This document shows, one piece after another, positions 1 through 11,691 of a DNA stretch of 56,765 nt; within the stretch, counting starts at the first letter, position 1; the number at the start of each line of letters is the position of its first letter. The DNA is from Deltaproteobacteria bacterium. Its GTDB lineage: Bacteria > Desulfobacterota > Binatia > UBA12015. Made by a program: the position numbers and the translations under genes. The notes under the pieces were generated by a model that saw only the letters and a program-made list of their open reading frames with translations, was not told the origin of the DNA and searched no databases. The stretch lies in assembly GCA_046583355.1 (NCBI GenBank), contig JAYGCM010000016.1, positions 1 through 56,765 on the forward strand, given 5' to 3'.

Positions 1-1
1 C

Positions 2-409
2 ATTATGCAGCGTCTTGTCGCTGTTGAGGAAGCGCACGGGCTGGCCGATCTGCGCGCCCTGTACGTGCGGCTCGTAGAGGCAGCCTTTTTGGTTGATCGT
101 GGCCGGCTCGGTCGGAGCTTCGAACTCCTGACCTTCGAGGCCGGTCTTCACATAGATGAAGACGTTGGCGAGGCCGCCGTTCTCGTCGACGATGACCTCC
201 TCGGAGCGCACGGTCTCGCTATGCTGCTTGGCGCATTGCGGGTCGGCATCCATGCGGAGCTTTTTGCGCTTGGGCGGCGTCCCTTCAAAGGTGATCGTGC
301 CCTCGACCTTGCCGGCCGCCTCGGCCGGGGCGGGCACGAGGAACGTTGCCGCGAGAGCGGCGGTGGCGAGAAATCCTGCAGCTTTTCCGAACGTGATCTT
401 CACAATCAT
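2..409 (-). CDS. Secreted carboxypeptidase-regulatory-like/cupredoxin-like protein (partial, runs off the left edge)
   Basis: Hand translation of the minus strand from ATG 409 (purine-rich GAAGGGAAGG upstream): MIVKITFGKAAGFLATAALAATFLVPAPAEAAGKVEGTITFEG...DADPQCAKQH...LANVFIYVK...INQKGCLYEPHV...FLNSDKTLHN. Signal peptide plus family motifs. Absent from the ORF track. Confidence 0.75.
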   Translation of the reverse strand, partial: MIVKITFGKAAGFLATAALAATFLVPAPAEAAGKVEGTITFEGTPPKRKKLRMDADPQCAKQHSETVRSEEVIVDENGGLANVFIYVKTGLEGQEFEAPTEPATINQKGCLYEPHVQGAQIGQPVRFLNSDKTLHN

Positions 410-643
410 CCTTCCCTTCAACGCGGTGCAAGGCACCGCCTTTGACCTCCCCCGTGCTCCCAGTCTGGAGTAGCGAGGTTAATGCTCGATTTGGCCTCTC
501 ATTAGAATCGCTTGGATTGGACGCGATTCCATGGGCCTCTTTATCCGACTACCAGATGGCGGGGAGGGGTACAATTTTCACTCAGGGCCCGGCCCGCAGC
601 CGGCCGCCATGCCCGGGCCTCTTTGCCGGGTCGTGCCGCCGCC

Positions 644-672
644 TTGACTCTGCCGCCGTGCCACCGTATTTT
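644..672 (+). promoter_or_regulatory. Candidate sigma70 promoter of the leu operon
   Basis: TTGACT (644-649), 17-nt spacer, TATTTT (667-672), just upstream of the leader ORF. Confidence 0.6.
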
Positions 673-682
673 CGTGGTGATC

Positions 683-775
683 ATGGTTTCGGCAGGTTTC
701 AGGGAGCAGAAGACGCATTCGACCGCGCTACGCGTGCTTGGTCTATGCACGACGCCCCTGGTGTCGGCTGGGTAG
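683..775 (+). CDS. Putative leu operon leader peptide (30 aa)
   Basis: MVSAGFREQKTHSTALRVLGLCTTPLVSAG* with Leu codons CTA 728, CTT 737, CTA 743, CTG 758. Lies between the promoter and a terminator upstream of leuA. Confidence 0.6.
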   Translation: MVSAGFREQKTHSTALRVLGLCTTPLVSAG

Positions 776-819
776 AAGAAGTGCGAGCGCCGCTCGCACC
801 ACGCACTCAAGCTGGAATC

Positions 820-854
820 GCCACGGGCACCCTTCAAGGTCTCGTGGCTTTTTT
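820..854 (+). terminator. Intrinsic terminator (attenuator) upstream of leuA
   Basis: Stem GCCACGGG/CTCGTGGC followed by T6, ending 72 nt before the leuA ATG. Confidence 0.75.
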
Positions 855-926
855 GTATGCAGAAGCTGACCACGGGGCGCGGTGTCCCGGCGATCCGGCT
901 CTTCAGACGGATTGAGGATCGGAAAA

Positions 927-2492
<1,566 letters not shown>

Positions 2493-2516
2493 GTCACGGG
2501 TAGGAGCAAGTAGAAG

Positions 2517-3632
2517 TTGAGCGCAAAGATTGCAGTTTTTCCCGGTGACGGGATCGGCCCGGAAGTGACAAAAGAGGCAGTTGCCTGCCTCCAGACGCTC
2601 GATGAGCAGGCCGGGATTGGTTTCGAGTTCGAGGAGGCCCTGCTGGGCGGCATCGCCATCGACGCGCTTGGCGTGCCGCTACCGGAGGCCACCGTCGCGC
2701 TCGCCAAGGATGCCGATGCCTGTCTCCTCGGTGCTGTGGGAGGTCCGAAATGGGATGATCCGCGCGCCAAGGTTCGCCCGGAGCAGGCGCTTCTGGGGAT
2801 TCGTCAGGAGTTGGAACTTTTCGCCAACCTGCGCCCCGTAGTGCAGAACGAGGCGCTGATCGCGGCGTCGACGCTCAAACCCGAGGTGGTGCGCGGCGTC
2901 GATATCCTGGTAATTCGGGAATTGACTGGCGGAATTTATTTCGGCAAGCCAAGTGAGCGCCGTGACGGCCCGCAGGGACGCGAAGCAGTGGATACGCTCT
3001 TCTACACAGAGGGCGAGGTCCGCCGTGTGGTCGAGGTCGCCTTCGATATGGCGCGCAAGCGTCGTGGTCGGGTGACCTCGGTCGACAAGGCCAATGTGCT
3101 CTCCAGCTCCCGGCTCTGGCGCGAGGTGGCAAACGAGGTCGCGGCCGAAAACAAGGATATCGAATACGAAGACCTGCTGGTCGACGCGATGGCGATGCAC
3201 CTCATCCGCCGTCCGCGGGATTTCGACGTGATCGTCACGGAGAATCTCTTCGGCGATATCTTGACCGACGAAGCCGCGATGCTGCCCGGTTCGATGGGCC
3301 TGCTGCCCTCTGCCTCGCTCGGCACCAAGCGTGGCGAGGTGACGGTCCAGGGCGAGAAGCGCACGACCATCTTCGGCCTCTATGAGCCGATTCATGGCAG
3401 CGCCCCCGATATCGCCGGCAAGGGGCTCGCCAACCCGCTGGCGACCATCCTCTCGGCTGCGATGATGTTGCGGTTTTCCTTGGGTCAGGAAGAGGCAGCG
3501 GCCCGTCTGGAAGCGGCCGTCGAAGGTGTGCTCGCCGCGGGGTTGCGCACGGCCGACCTTGCAGTGGCCGGAGAAGAAGCGGTTTCGACCGAGGTGATGG
3601 GCGAGGCCGTTCGCGCCCATCTCCGGGGGTGA
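2517..3632 (+). CDS. leuB: 3-isopropylmalate dehydrogenase
   Basis: [56 protein letters not shown] start with AGGAG RBS. Confidence 0.97.
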   Translation: MSAKIAVFPGDGIGPEVTKEAVACLQTLDEQAGIGFEFEEALLGGIAIDALGVPLPEATVALAKDADACLLGAVGGPKWDDPRAKVRPEQALLGIRQELELFANLRPVVQNEALIAASTLKPEVVRGVDILVIRELTGGIYFGKPSERRDGPQGREAVDTLFYTEGEVRRVVEVAFDMARKRRGRVTSVDKANVLSSSRLWREVANEVAAENKDIEYEDLLVDAMAMHLIRRPRDFDVIVTENLFGDILTDEAAMLPGSMGLLPSASLGTKRGEVTVQGEKRTTIFGLYEPIHGSAPDIAGKGLANPLATILSAAMMLRFSLGQEEAAARLEAAVEGVLAAGLRTADLAVAGEEAVSTEVMGEAVRAHLRG

Positions 3633-4684
3633 GTGGTTTGCGCTCAATTGCAATTATCGGCGGCGGTGGCGATCTGGCCGAAGAGGTTGTGGGTGAACTC
3701 CTGTCGCGCGGCCATGACGCCGAGGACCTGCGGATCTTCGATAGCGAGGTGCGGGCCGGCGAGGTCGTGCAGGTAGGCAAGGCCAGCTTCAGCACCGCGC
3801 TTGCTTCGGCCGAGGCGCTGGCCGAGGTCGACACCGCTCTTTTTATTGGCGACGGTTTGCTGGCGCGTGATTTTCTGCCCGGCCTGGCCGAGGCCGGGTT
3901 GCTGGTCGTCGATGCGACCGCCTTCTCGCGGCGCACAGGGCGTGGCACGCTGGTCGTGCCGGAGGTCAATGCGGAGGAGATCCATGCGGTGGGTGATTCG
4001 CGGGTTTTTGCCTGTCCGATGCCGGCGACCACGGGCCTCTCGATTGCGATGGCGCCTTTGCATCGCCTGGCACGGGTGCAGCGCGTGACGACGACGATCT
4101 TCGAGCCGGCCTCGCAACGCGGCCCGGCCGCGATCCAGGAATTGTCGAAACAAACCGTTGCGATGGTCTCGGGCGAAGGCCTCGATCGAGACAAATTTCC
4201 CGAGACTTTTGCGTTCAATGTGCGCCCCTATGCCGCCGCCGAGAGCGGCGCCGGCTGGGCTTTTGATGAACAGATGATTGCCCAGGAAGTCGCGACGATC
4301 TTTGGCGATCCACCGGTCGAGGTCCTCGCGACCATCGTCCGGATGCCGGTCTTCGTCGGGGCTTGCCAATCCATATGGCTGGACCTGGAGAGCCCATTGG
4401 CGCTTGAAGAGGCGCATGCGGCACTCCGCGAAGCGCCCAGCATTCTTCTTGCCGGGGAGTCTGTGGGCGACACGGAAGACGAAGAGTTGGCCCGTTTGCT
4501 GGCCGACGCCGAACCCGGCCCGGTCGATGTGGCCGGGTCGAGCGCGGTGCATCTGGCGCGTCTGCGTCAGAATCCGGCCCGCCCGGAGAGTATTGGTTTC
4601 TGGATTGTCTTCGATGATCAACGCAAAGGTGTTGCGATGTCTTTGGTGGCCACCTTCGAGCGAGCCTGGCGCGAGCAGGGCTGA
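3629..4684 (+). CDS. Aspartate-semialdehyde dehydrogenase-like protein (Usg-type, catalytic residues degenerate)
   Basis: [32 protein letters not shown]; lies between leuB and truA. Canonical NPNC Cys and GH His are missing. Confidence 0.8.
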   Translation: MSGLRSIAIIGGGGDLAEEVVGELLSRGHDAEDLRIFDSEVRAGEVVQVGKASFSTALASAEALAEVDTALFIGDGLLARDFLPGLAEAGLLVVDATAFSRRTGRGTLVVPEVNAEEIHAVGDSRVFACPMPATTGLSIAMAPLHRLARVQRVTTTIFEPASQRGPAAIQELSKQTVAMVSGEGLDRDKFPETFAFNVRPYAAAESGAGWAFDEQMIAQEVATIFGDPPVEVLATIVRMPVFVGACQSIWLDLESPLALEEAHAALREAPSILLAGESVGDTEDEELARLLADAEPGPVDVAGSSAVHLARLRQNPARPESIGFWIVFDDQRKGVAMSLVATFERAWREQG

Positions 4685-4691
4685 ACGGCCG

Positions 4692-5432
4692 ATGCGCTGG
4701 CGTGCAACCATTGCCTATGACGGCGCCGGGTTCCGCGGCTGGGCGACCCAAAGTGGTCATGGCTCAACCGTCCAGGAAGAGTTGGAGAAGGCCTTCTCGA
4801 CCATCTTGCGCGCGCCGATCCGCGTCTATGGTGCCGGCCGCACGGACGCGGGTGTCCACGCACGCGGGCAAGTGATTGCTATCGATACGAAGATGCCGAT
4901 TCCCGAGCCGCGTCGGGTCGAGACATCGCTCAACGCGATTCTTCCGCGCGCCATCGTCGTCTCGGAGCTGGCGTCCGCGCCCGCCGGATTCGACCCGCGT
5001 CGCGATGCCGTGCGTCGTACCTATACCTACCGGATATGGAACGCCCCGGAGCGCTCGCCATTCGAGCTCCATTCGGCCTGGCATGTGGATGAGAAACTCG
5101 ACATCGAGGCGATGCAGGAGGCGGCTCTGGCCCTGATCGGCGCGCATGATTTCGCGAGCTTCCAGACCGCCGACCGGATCGAGCGTCCGAGTGTGCGGCG
5201 GGTCGAGTTGGCACGCATTGAGAGACGCGGCGATCTGGTCGAATTCGAGATCACGGCGAATGCATTTTGTCGCGGCATGGTGCGTAACCTGATGGGACAG
5301 CTTGTTTCGATCGGTCGTGGTCGCACACCCGCGGCTGGCATGGCAGAGCTTCTTCTCGCCTGTGATCGAATGCGTGCCGCCTCCTGCGCGCCGCCGCAGG
5401 GGTTGTTCCTGGAGAAGGTAGAATACCAATGA
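4692..5432 (+). CDS. truA: tRNA pseudouridine(38-40) synthase
   Basis: IAYDGAGFRGW, GAGRTDAGVHARGQ, HDFASF, AFCRGMVR, APPQGLFL. Start ATG 4692. Confidence 0.96.
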   Translation: MRWRATIAYDGAGFRGWATQSGHGSTVQEELEKAFSTILRAPIRVYGAGRTDAGVHARGQVIAIDTKMPIPEPRRVETSLNAILPRAIVVSELASAPAGFDPRRDAVRRTYTYRIWNAPERSPFELHSAWHVDEKLDIEAMQEAALALIGAHDFASFQTADRIERPSVRRVELARIERRGDLVEFEITANAFCRGMVRNLMGQLVSIGRGRTPAAGMAELLLACDRMRAASCAPPQGLFLEKVEYQ

Positions 5433-5641
5433 ACGTGGATATCACCTGCCGCAAATGCGGCCAGCGCAAGCGGATGCCGATCGGCGACCCGGCGCCGGGA
5501 ACCTCGGTTGCGGATCACCTCCACCTGTTGCGCGAACGTCTTACGCACCGCCCGAGTTTCGAATGTTTCGGCGGCCACCTCGAATTGCGCCCGCCGCTTC
5601 CCGGATTCTGGGAAGTGCATTGGGATACCGTCGGGGACTGA
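5429..5641 (+). CDS. Small hypothetical protein, possible Zn-binding (70 aa)
   Basis: ATGA overlap with the truA stop; CRKC and CFGGH motifs. Confidence 0.65.
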   Translation: MNVDITCRKCGQRKRMPIGDPAPGTSVADHLHLLRERLTHRPSFECFGGHLELRPPLPGFWEVHWDTVGD

Positions 5642-5687
5642 GCCGCCACGGATAGCGGCTCAGTCCCCGGCCCGGCGGATGCCCGGT

Positions 5688-8600
5688 TCAGGGCTCCCGG
5701 CAGGTGCCGCCGCTGACCAGGCTATCCATATGGACCTGTGCGGCGGATTGCGGAAAATCGCTACGCCAGAAATTCAGGTAGGTGAGCTTTGCGTGCGGCA
5801 TGGTCGGGTCATACCCACCGCCTTCTCCGCTCACGTCATCCACGCAGATCCGCCCAGGCGTGGGTGTTACCTGGTAGGTCGCGGCGTGACAGCCACGGCA
5901 GGCCGTGGCGTAGACATTCGTGTAGAGCGCCGGATCCATGCTCGAACTGGAGGGCATGAAGTTGGCGAAGGTGCCGGTCGAGAAGTTGTTCCCGTAGAAT
6001 CCCTTGGTCAATTCGATGATCGCGTCTTTCGGCTCGGTGTAGCGGACCAGCCGGTTCAGGGCGCGCAGGCTATCATGTTGTGCCGCTTCATCTGCGGCCG
6101 CGGGGAATAGATAGGTGTCCGGGTCGAAGGGGAGGAAACTCGAGAATCCGAAGCTGTTCGGCGTCATCGGCTCGATCAGGTCTGCTCGGGCCTGAAAGGC
6201 CGCGACCTCCGAGGCAGACCCACCGTCGAAGGGGTAGATGCCGGCAAGATCGGCTCCGCCGGTCTGCGTGCCCGATCCGGGCCAGGATCCTCCGTGGCAG
6301 GCCATGCAGAGCTCCGGGACGCTCTTCTCGCCGCAGCCATCGAGGTTGGCGTCATAGAGTCGTTCGCTCTCGGCCGTACGTCCGCCGTAGACATAGAATT
6401 TCGTCAAGGAGCCCAGCTCGCCGAACCCCTCGATGGGGGAAAACTCCATTGCCACGGTGCCATACGCGTGCAGGGGGTTCTGGGTCGGATCGGCTTCGAT
6501 GGCGATCTGGCCCTGGTAGGCCAGATCGGCGTTTGTCGGGTTGTTGGTCGGGTAATTGTTGCAGTGATCGGTAGTGTAATTGGCGACGTAGCACGCGATG
6601 GTTGAAGGCCAGCGAAATGCCAGTACCTTGAGCGCCGCTGGATCGGCCCAGGGCGAGGCGAGCGCGAGGTAAAGCGCGTACGAGTCGAGTTCTGCGGCAT
6701 GTGTGCGGCGGGGATCGCCGGTGCTTCCTCGGGGGGCGGACCTCGCCTCTTTACGGAGCGCTGCAAGTAGAGGGTAGCTGTATGAGGTCACCCGGCAATG
6801 CATCTCCCGACCAAACCCCAAGTCGTTGCTGTTCAGGTACCAGGCATCGACTTCGCCTGTGCCAAGGCCATCCACGGGGTCAAATCCATTCTTCTCCCAC
6901 CAGCCGCCGAGGGTCATGCGTTTGCATATGCCGCCGGGGTCGGTGCCGGGATCGACAACGCCATCGCAGTCGAGGTCAACACAGTCCGGGTCAATAATAT
7001 TATAGTAGAGGCAGGCGCTGGTGTCGTTCTTGACCGGGTTGCCGCCGAATTTTGCGGTGAGGAAATTGGTACGTCCCCCGGCCGGTTCCGGAACGTCGTT
7101 CACGCCGTCGTTATTGTCATCGCTGGTATAGCCCTGGCCGCATAGATCGATCTGGATTTGAGCGAAAAAGTCACAGGGGTTCCACGGGAGGGGGCCGATC
7201 TCAGAGGGAAGCTGGAAGGGTCCGCCCTGGGCGACGAGGCTGGTCGTGCCGGCTCGACCATCAGAGGCCGTAACCCGGATCTGCTGCACCTCGGTGTTGC
7301 TGGCGAGCTTCCATTTTCGCTGGTTGCCTGGCGCCGCCCGGCTCGCCGCGCCGGCACGGCCATCGTCGAGGGGCGTCAGCGTGCCGCCACCGCGGGTGAC
7401 CTGCCAATAGTAGGTGAGCGGGTCTTCGTCTTCGAAGGTCGCCGTCAGAATTACCTCATCCCCGCCGCTCAAGGCGTTGATATCCGCGATCGGGAGTCCT
7501 TCAAGATCGGCGATGGTAATCGTTCTGCCGACCGGGCCTGCATTGTCGAAGATGACGGTAATCTCGCCGTTTGCGCCGTTGTCGATGTCGACGAGACGGG
7601 AGTCGAGGCCACATTCCGCAACGACCCTGGTGGTAGTGTCGTCGCCGATGAGCAGGAATTCCCCGCTCGACGAAACCGGAGTGGCGATACCCAGGGGCTC
7701 ACCCGTGGGATCGGCCCACCGGACCTGGCCGCGTGTGGTGATTTCCGGTGCATGCGCCATATCGAAGCAGGGGCTGCCATCTTGCCGCAGCAGGCGGCCG
7801 TGTTGGACGGATTCGCCCGAATCGAGTGGCGCGGGCAGCTCGATCGAGCTGCCGGGTTCGTAGCGACCGATTTCGATAGCGGTGTCACTACAAGAGGCCA
7901 CCGTGTTGCGTACCCAGCAGATACGGTAGTCGCGAAAGCGGATGCCCTCGAGCCGGAAACCACCGCTGGCGTTCGTGGTGGCGGAGCTGACGACGACACC
8001 TGCGGAATCCCGAAGCTGAATCCTCGCTCCCGGCACTGTCATGGTATCGGCGGGGCTCAGGCGCAGGTGCAGGTTCCCGACCAGCTCGACACGCGCGTGC
8101 GCGTGTTCGCTCTCGATGACCGCGACGCCGACTGCCGTGGCTCGCTCCAACACGCAGGCCACGGCTTCCTCGGTCGTCTGTAGGGAGCCGGCAGTGGTAC
8201 CGCAGACGGCAAGCTGCGCGGGGAAGCTCTCGCCGCAGCTCTTGACGGACTTCTCGACAAGATGCAGAGCGCGCCGGGCGAGATCGTCCTTTGCCAGTTC
8301 GAGGCAGGCTGTGGTGAGGCGGTAGCGCGAGACGGTGACATCCTTGCCCCGGTCTTCCCGGTCATGGCATTTGCTGCCGACGCCACGAAAGACGTTTTTC
8401 AGTTGCGCGGCGGCTGCCTTGTCGAGTGATTTCTGGCACTTCAGACCAGCGCGACCGGGCGGTGTGGAGGCGGAGGCGCTCGGGGCGTAGAGGTCGTCGA
8501 GCGTGGCTTCGGCAAGCTCAGCGAAGCGTGCCTTCTGCGTTGCGATCAGCTCATCGAGATTCGCGGCAAAGCCGAGGCCGAAGGGCCGCGCTGTCGACAA

Positions 8601-8921
8601 GTCTTCGGCTGAGACGTTGGCGCATCCCTTGCGAACTTTGCTGTCGAATTTGGCGGCCTCTTTGGCCAGCCGCGCCAGGGTTTTCGCGTCGTCACAGGCA
8701 CCGCGTCCTCCGGCCGCCAACTCGGCAAGCCGGCATTGCGCCCCACGCTTGAGAACGCCCGCAACATAGGCGCGCGCCGCCTTGGAGATCGATTTCTGGC
8801 AGCGTTGCTGGGACGGAAGCACCATCGCGTCGGCCGGGGAATTCGTCAGGACAAAGAAGGCTATGAGGCTGACAAAGATCGTCGCGCTACGTGCCCAGAC
8901 GGGCAGGGTCGGGTTCGTCAT
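5688..8921 (-). CDS. Large secreted modular protein with two c-type heme motifs
   Basis: Signal peptide, two Cys-containing helical repeats, beta-sandwich region, CMACH (6294-6308), CRGCH (5886-5900) and distal MPHA. AGGAG RBS. Confidence 0.85.
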   Translation of the reverse strand: MTNPTLPVWARSATIFVSLIAFFVLTNSPADAMVLPSQQRCQKSISKAARAYVAGVLKRGAQCRLAELAAGGRGACDDAKTLARLAKEAAKFDSKVRKGCANVSAEDLSTARPFGLGFAANLDELIATQKARFAELAEATLDDLYAPSASASTPPGRAGLKCQKSLDKAAAAQLKNVFRGVGSKCHDREDRGKDVTVSRYRLTTACLELAKDDLARRALHLVEKSVKSCGESFPAQLAVCGTTAGSLQTTEEAVACVLERATAVGVAVIESEHAHARVELVGNLHLRLSPADTMTVPGARIQLRDSAGVVVSSATTNASGGFRLEGIRFRDYRICWVRNTVASCSDTAIEIGRYEPGSSIELPAPLDSGESVQHGRLLRQDGSPCFDMAHAPEITTRGQVRWADPTGEPLGIATPVSSSGEFLLIGDDTTTRVVAECGLDSRLVDIDNGANGEITVIFDNAGPVGRTITIADLEGLPIADINALSGGDEVILTATFEDEDPLTYYWQVTRGGGTLTPLDDGRAGAASRAAPGNQRKWKLASNTEVQQIRVTASDGRAGTTSLVAQGGPFQLPSEIGPLPWNPCDFFAQIQIDLCGQGYTSDDNNDGVNDVPEPAGGRTNFLTAKFGGNPVKNDTSACLYYNIIDPDCVDLDCDGVVDPGTDPGGICKRMTLGGWWEKNGFDPVDGLGTGEVDAWYLNSNDLGFGREMHCRVTSYSYPLLAALRKEARSAPRGSTGDPRRTHAAELDSYALYLALASPWADPAALKVLAFRWPSTIACYVANYTTDHCNNYPTNNPTNADLAYQGQIAIEADPTQNPLHAYGTVAMEFSPIEGFGELGSLTKFYVYGGRTAESERLYDANLDGCGEKSVPELCMACHGGSWPGSGTQTGGADLAGIYPFDGGSASEVAAFQARADLIEPMTPNSFGFSSFLPFDPDTYLFPAAADEAAQHDSLRALNRLVRYTEPKDAIIELTKGFYGNNFSTGTFANFMPSSSSMDPALYTNVYATACRGCHAATYQVTPTPGRICVDDVSGEGGGYDPTMPHAKLTYLNFWRSDFPQSAAQVHMDSLVSGGTCREP

Positions 8922-9007
8922 CGGGAGTCTCCTGTAGAGGTAGGAATGAGGCGAATCGACGCTAACCTGTTTCGCTCAATGCGCGCAAGGCCGAGCTTCG
9001 CGGGTCT

Positions 9008-10200
<1,193 letters not shown>

Positions 10201-10204
<4 letters not shown>

Positions 10205-11568
10205 CTATTTCCTCCTGCGGCGAGCGTCTGGGTCGAGCGTCGATCCAATTCGCGGAGCAGAGCGTCGCGGACGGTGCCGACCTCATTGGGTAGTTCGATG
10301 GGTGGGTTCGTCCAGCGGCCGTGGATGCCGTCCAGCGCCCCCTGATGATACCGGGCCTTCTGGTCGGCAAATTTCAACCCGTGCGCGGTTGAGATCACAA
10401 CGACACGGTGGTCCTTGCGGATCTCTTTTTTCGCGATCAATTTCAACAGGACGGCAAGCGCCACGCCGGTATGCGGGCAGTTGAACATCCCGGTGCGATC
10501 GGCCCAGGCCGAGGCATCCATCAATTCATCCTCGCTCGCCTGCTCGACCACGCCGTCGAAGTCGCGCAATGTGAGCACGGCCTTTTTGTAACTCACGGGG
10601 TTGCCGATCTGGATCGCGTTGGCCAGCGTTTTCTGTGCTTCGACCGGCTCAAGGTCGGGTAGACCGGCCAGGAAGGCTCGGTAGAGCGGGTTGGCGTTCT
10701 CGGCTTGCGCCACCGCGATGCGTGGGCGCTTGTTGATCATGCCGAGTCGTTCCATCATCAGCAGGCCCTTGCCCAGGGCGCTGACATTGCCGAGGTTGCC
10801 GCCCGGGATGATGATCCAATCCGGCACCTGCCATTTGAATTGCTGGACGATTTCCATGCCAACGGTTTTCTGTCCCTCGACGCGAAGTGAGTTCATCGAG
10901 TTGGCGAGGTAGATATTTTCGCGCGTCGTGAGCTCCTGGACTGTCCGCATGCAGCCATCAAAATCAGTGTCGAGCGCGAGCACGACGGCGCCGTTGGCGA
11001 TCGGCTGCACGAGTTGCGCCATGGAGACTTTGTTGCGTGGCAGAAGCACGACCGCGGGAATATTGGCGGCTGCGCAATAGGCAGCGAGTGCGGCCGATGT
11101 ATCGCCAGTGGAGGCGCAGGCAACCGCGGGGATATGCAGGCCGTTGGCGCGCATTTGCTTGACCACGCTGACCAGGACCGTCATGCCGAGATCTTTGAAG
11201 GAGCCGGTATGCGAGTTGCCGCATTGTTTGACCCAGAGGTCCTTGACGCCGATCTCGCTGCCGAAGCGTTCGGCCCAGAAGAGGTTCGAGTCGCCCTCGG
11301 CCATGCTCACGACATTGTCGTCCGCGACCCTGGGCATGACCATCTCCTTGCGTGACCAGACGCCGGAGCCATAAGGCCATGTGGTCGAGCCCAGGCGCTT
11401 GTCGAATTCCTTGCGCCACGTCTCGCCCGATTGGCGCGCGAGCACAGCCTCGTCGTGCACGACCTCCAGGAGTTCGCCGCATTCACGGCAGCGGTAGACC
11501 ACCTCGAAGATATCGTACGTCGCGCCGCACTCGGGGCTGATGCATTGGAACTGACATCCGTGCTTCAT
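10201..11568 (-). CDS. thrC: Threonine synthase (plant-like type)
   Basis: [52 protein letters not shown] and N-terminal Cys pairs. Confidence 0.95.
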
Positions 11569-11691
11569 AGGCTGGGAATCCTAGCATTGCGAAGCGTTTC
11601 CGCGAACTTTCGGGAATCGACGATCGTGTTCTTCTGCGGCGGACGCAGCGGCTGGGTCGTGTGGCTGCCGGGCCGCCGCCATTCGCGGATC

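Noticed and set aside
5..915. Plus-strand ORFs 5-445, 156-473, 442-915 and minus-strand 541-1002
   Set aside because: They are shadows of the real minus-strand gene and of the regulatory region, with no protein-like motifs. Only the 683-775 part of ORF 512-775 is kept, as the leader.
4278..4691. Apparent N-terminal extensions on TruA (and on SPL, SthA, PBP1B, MlaD)
   Set aside because: ORF-caller artefacts overlapping upstream genes; family-typical starts lie downstream.
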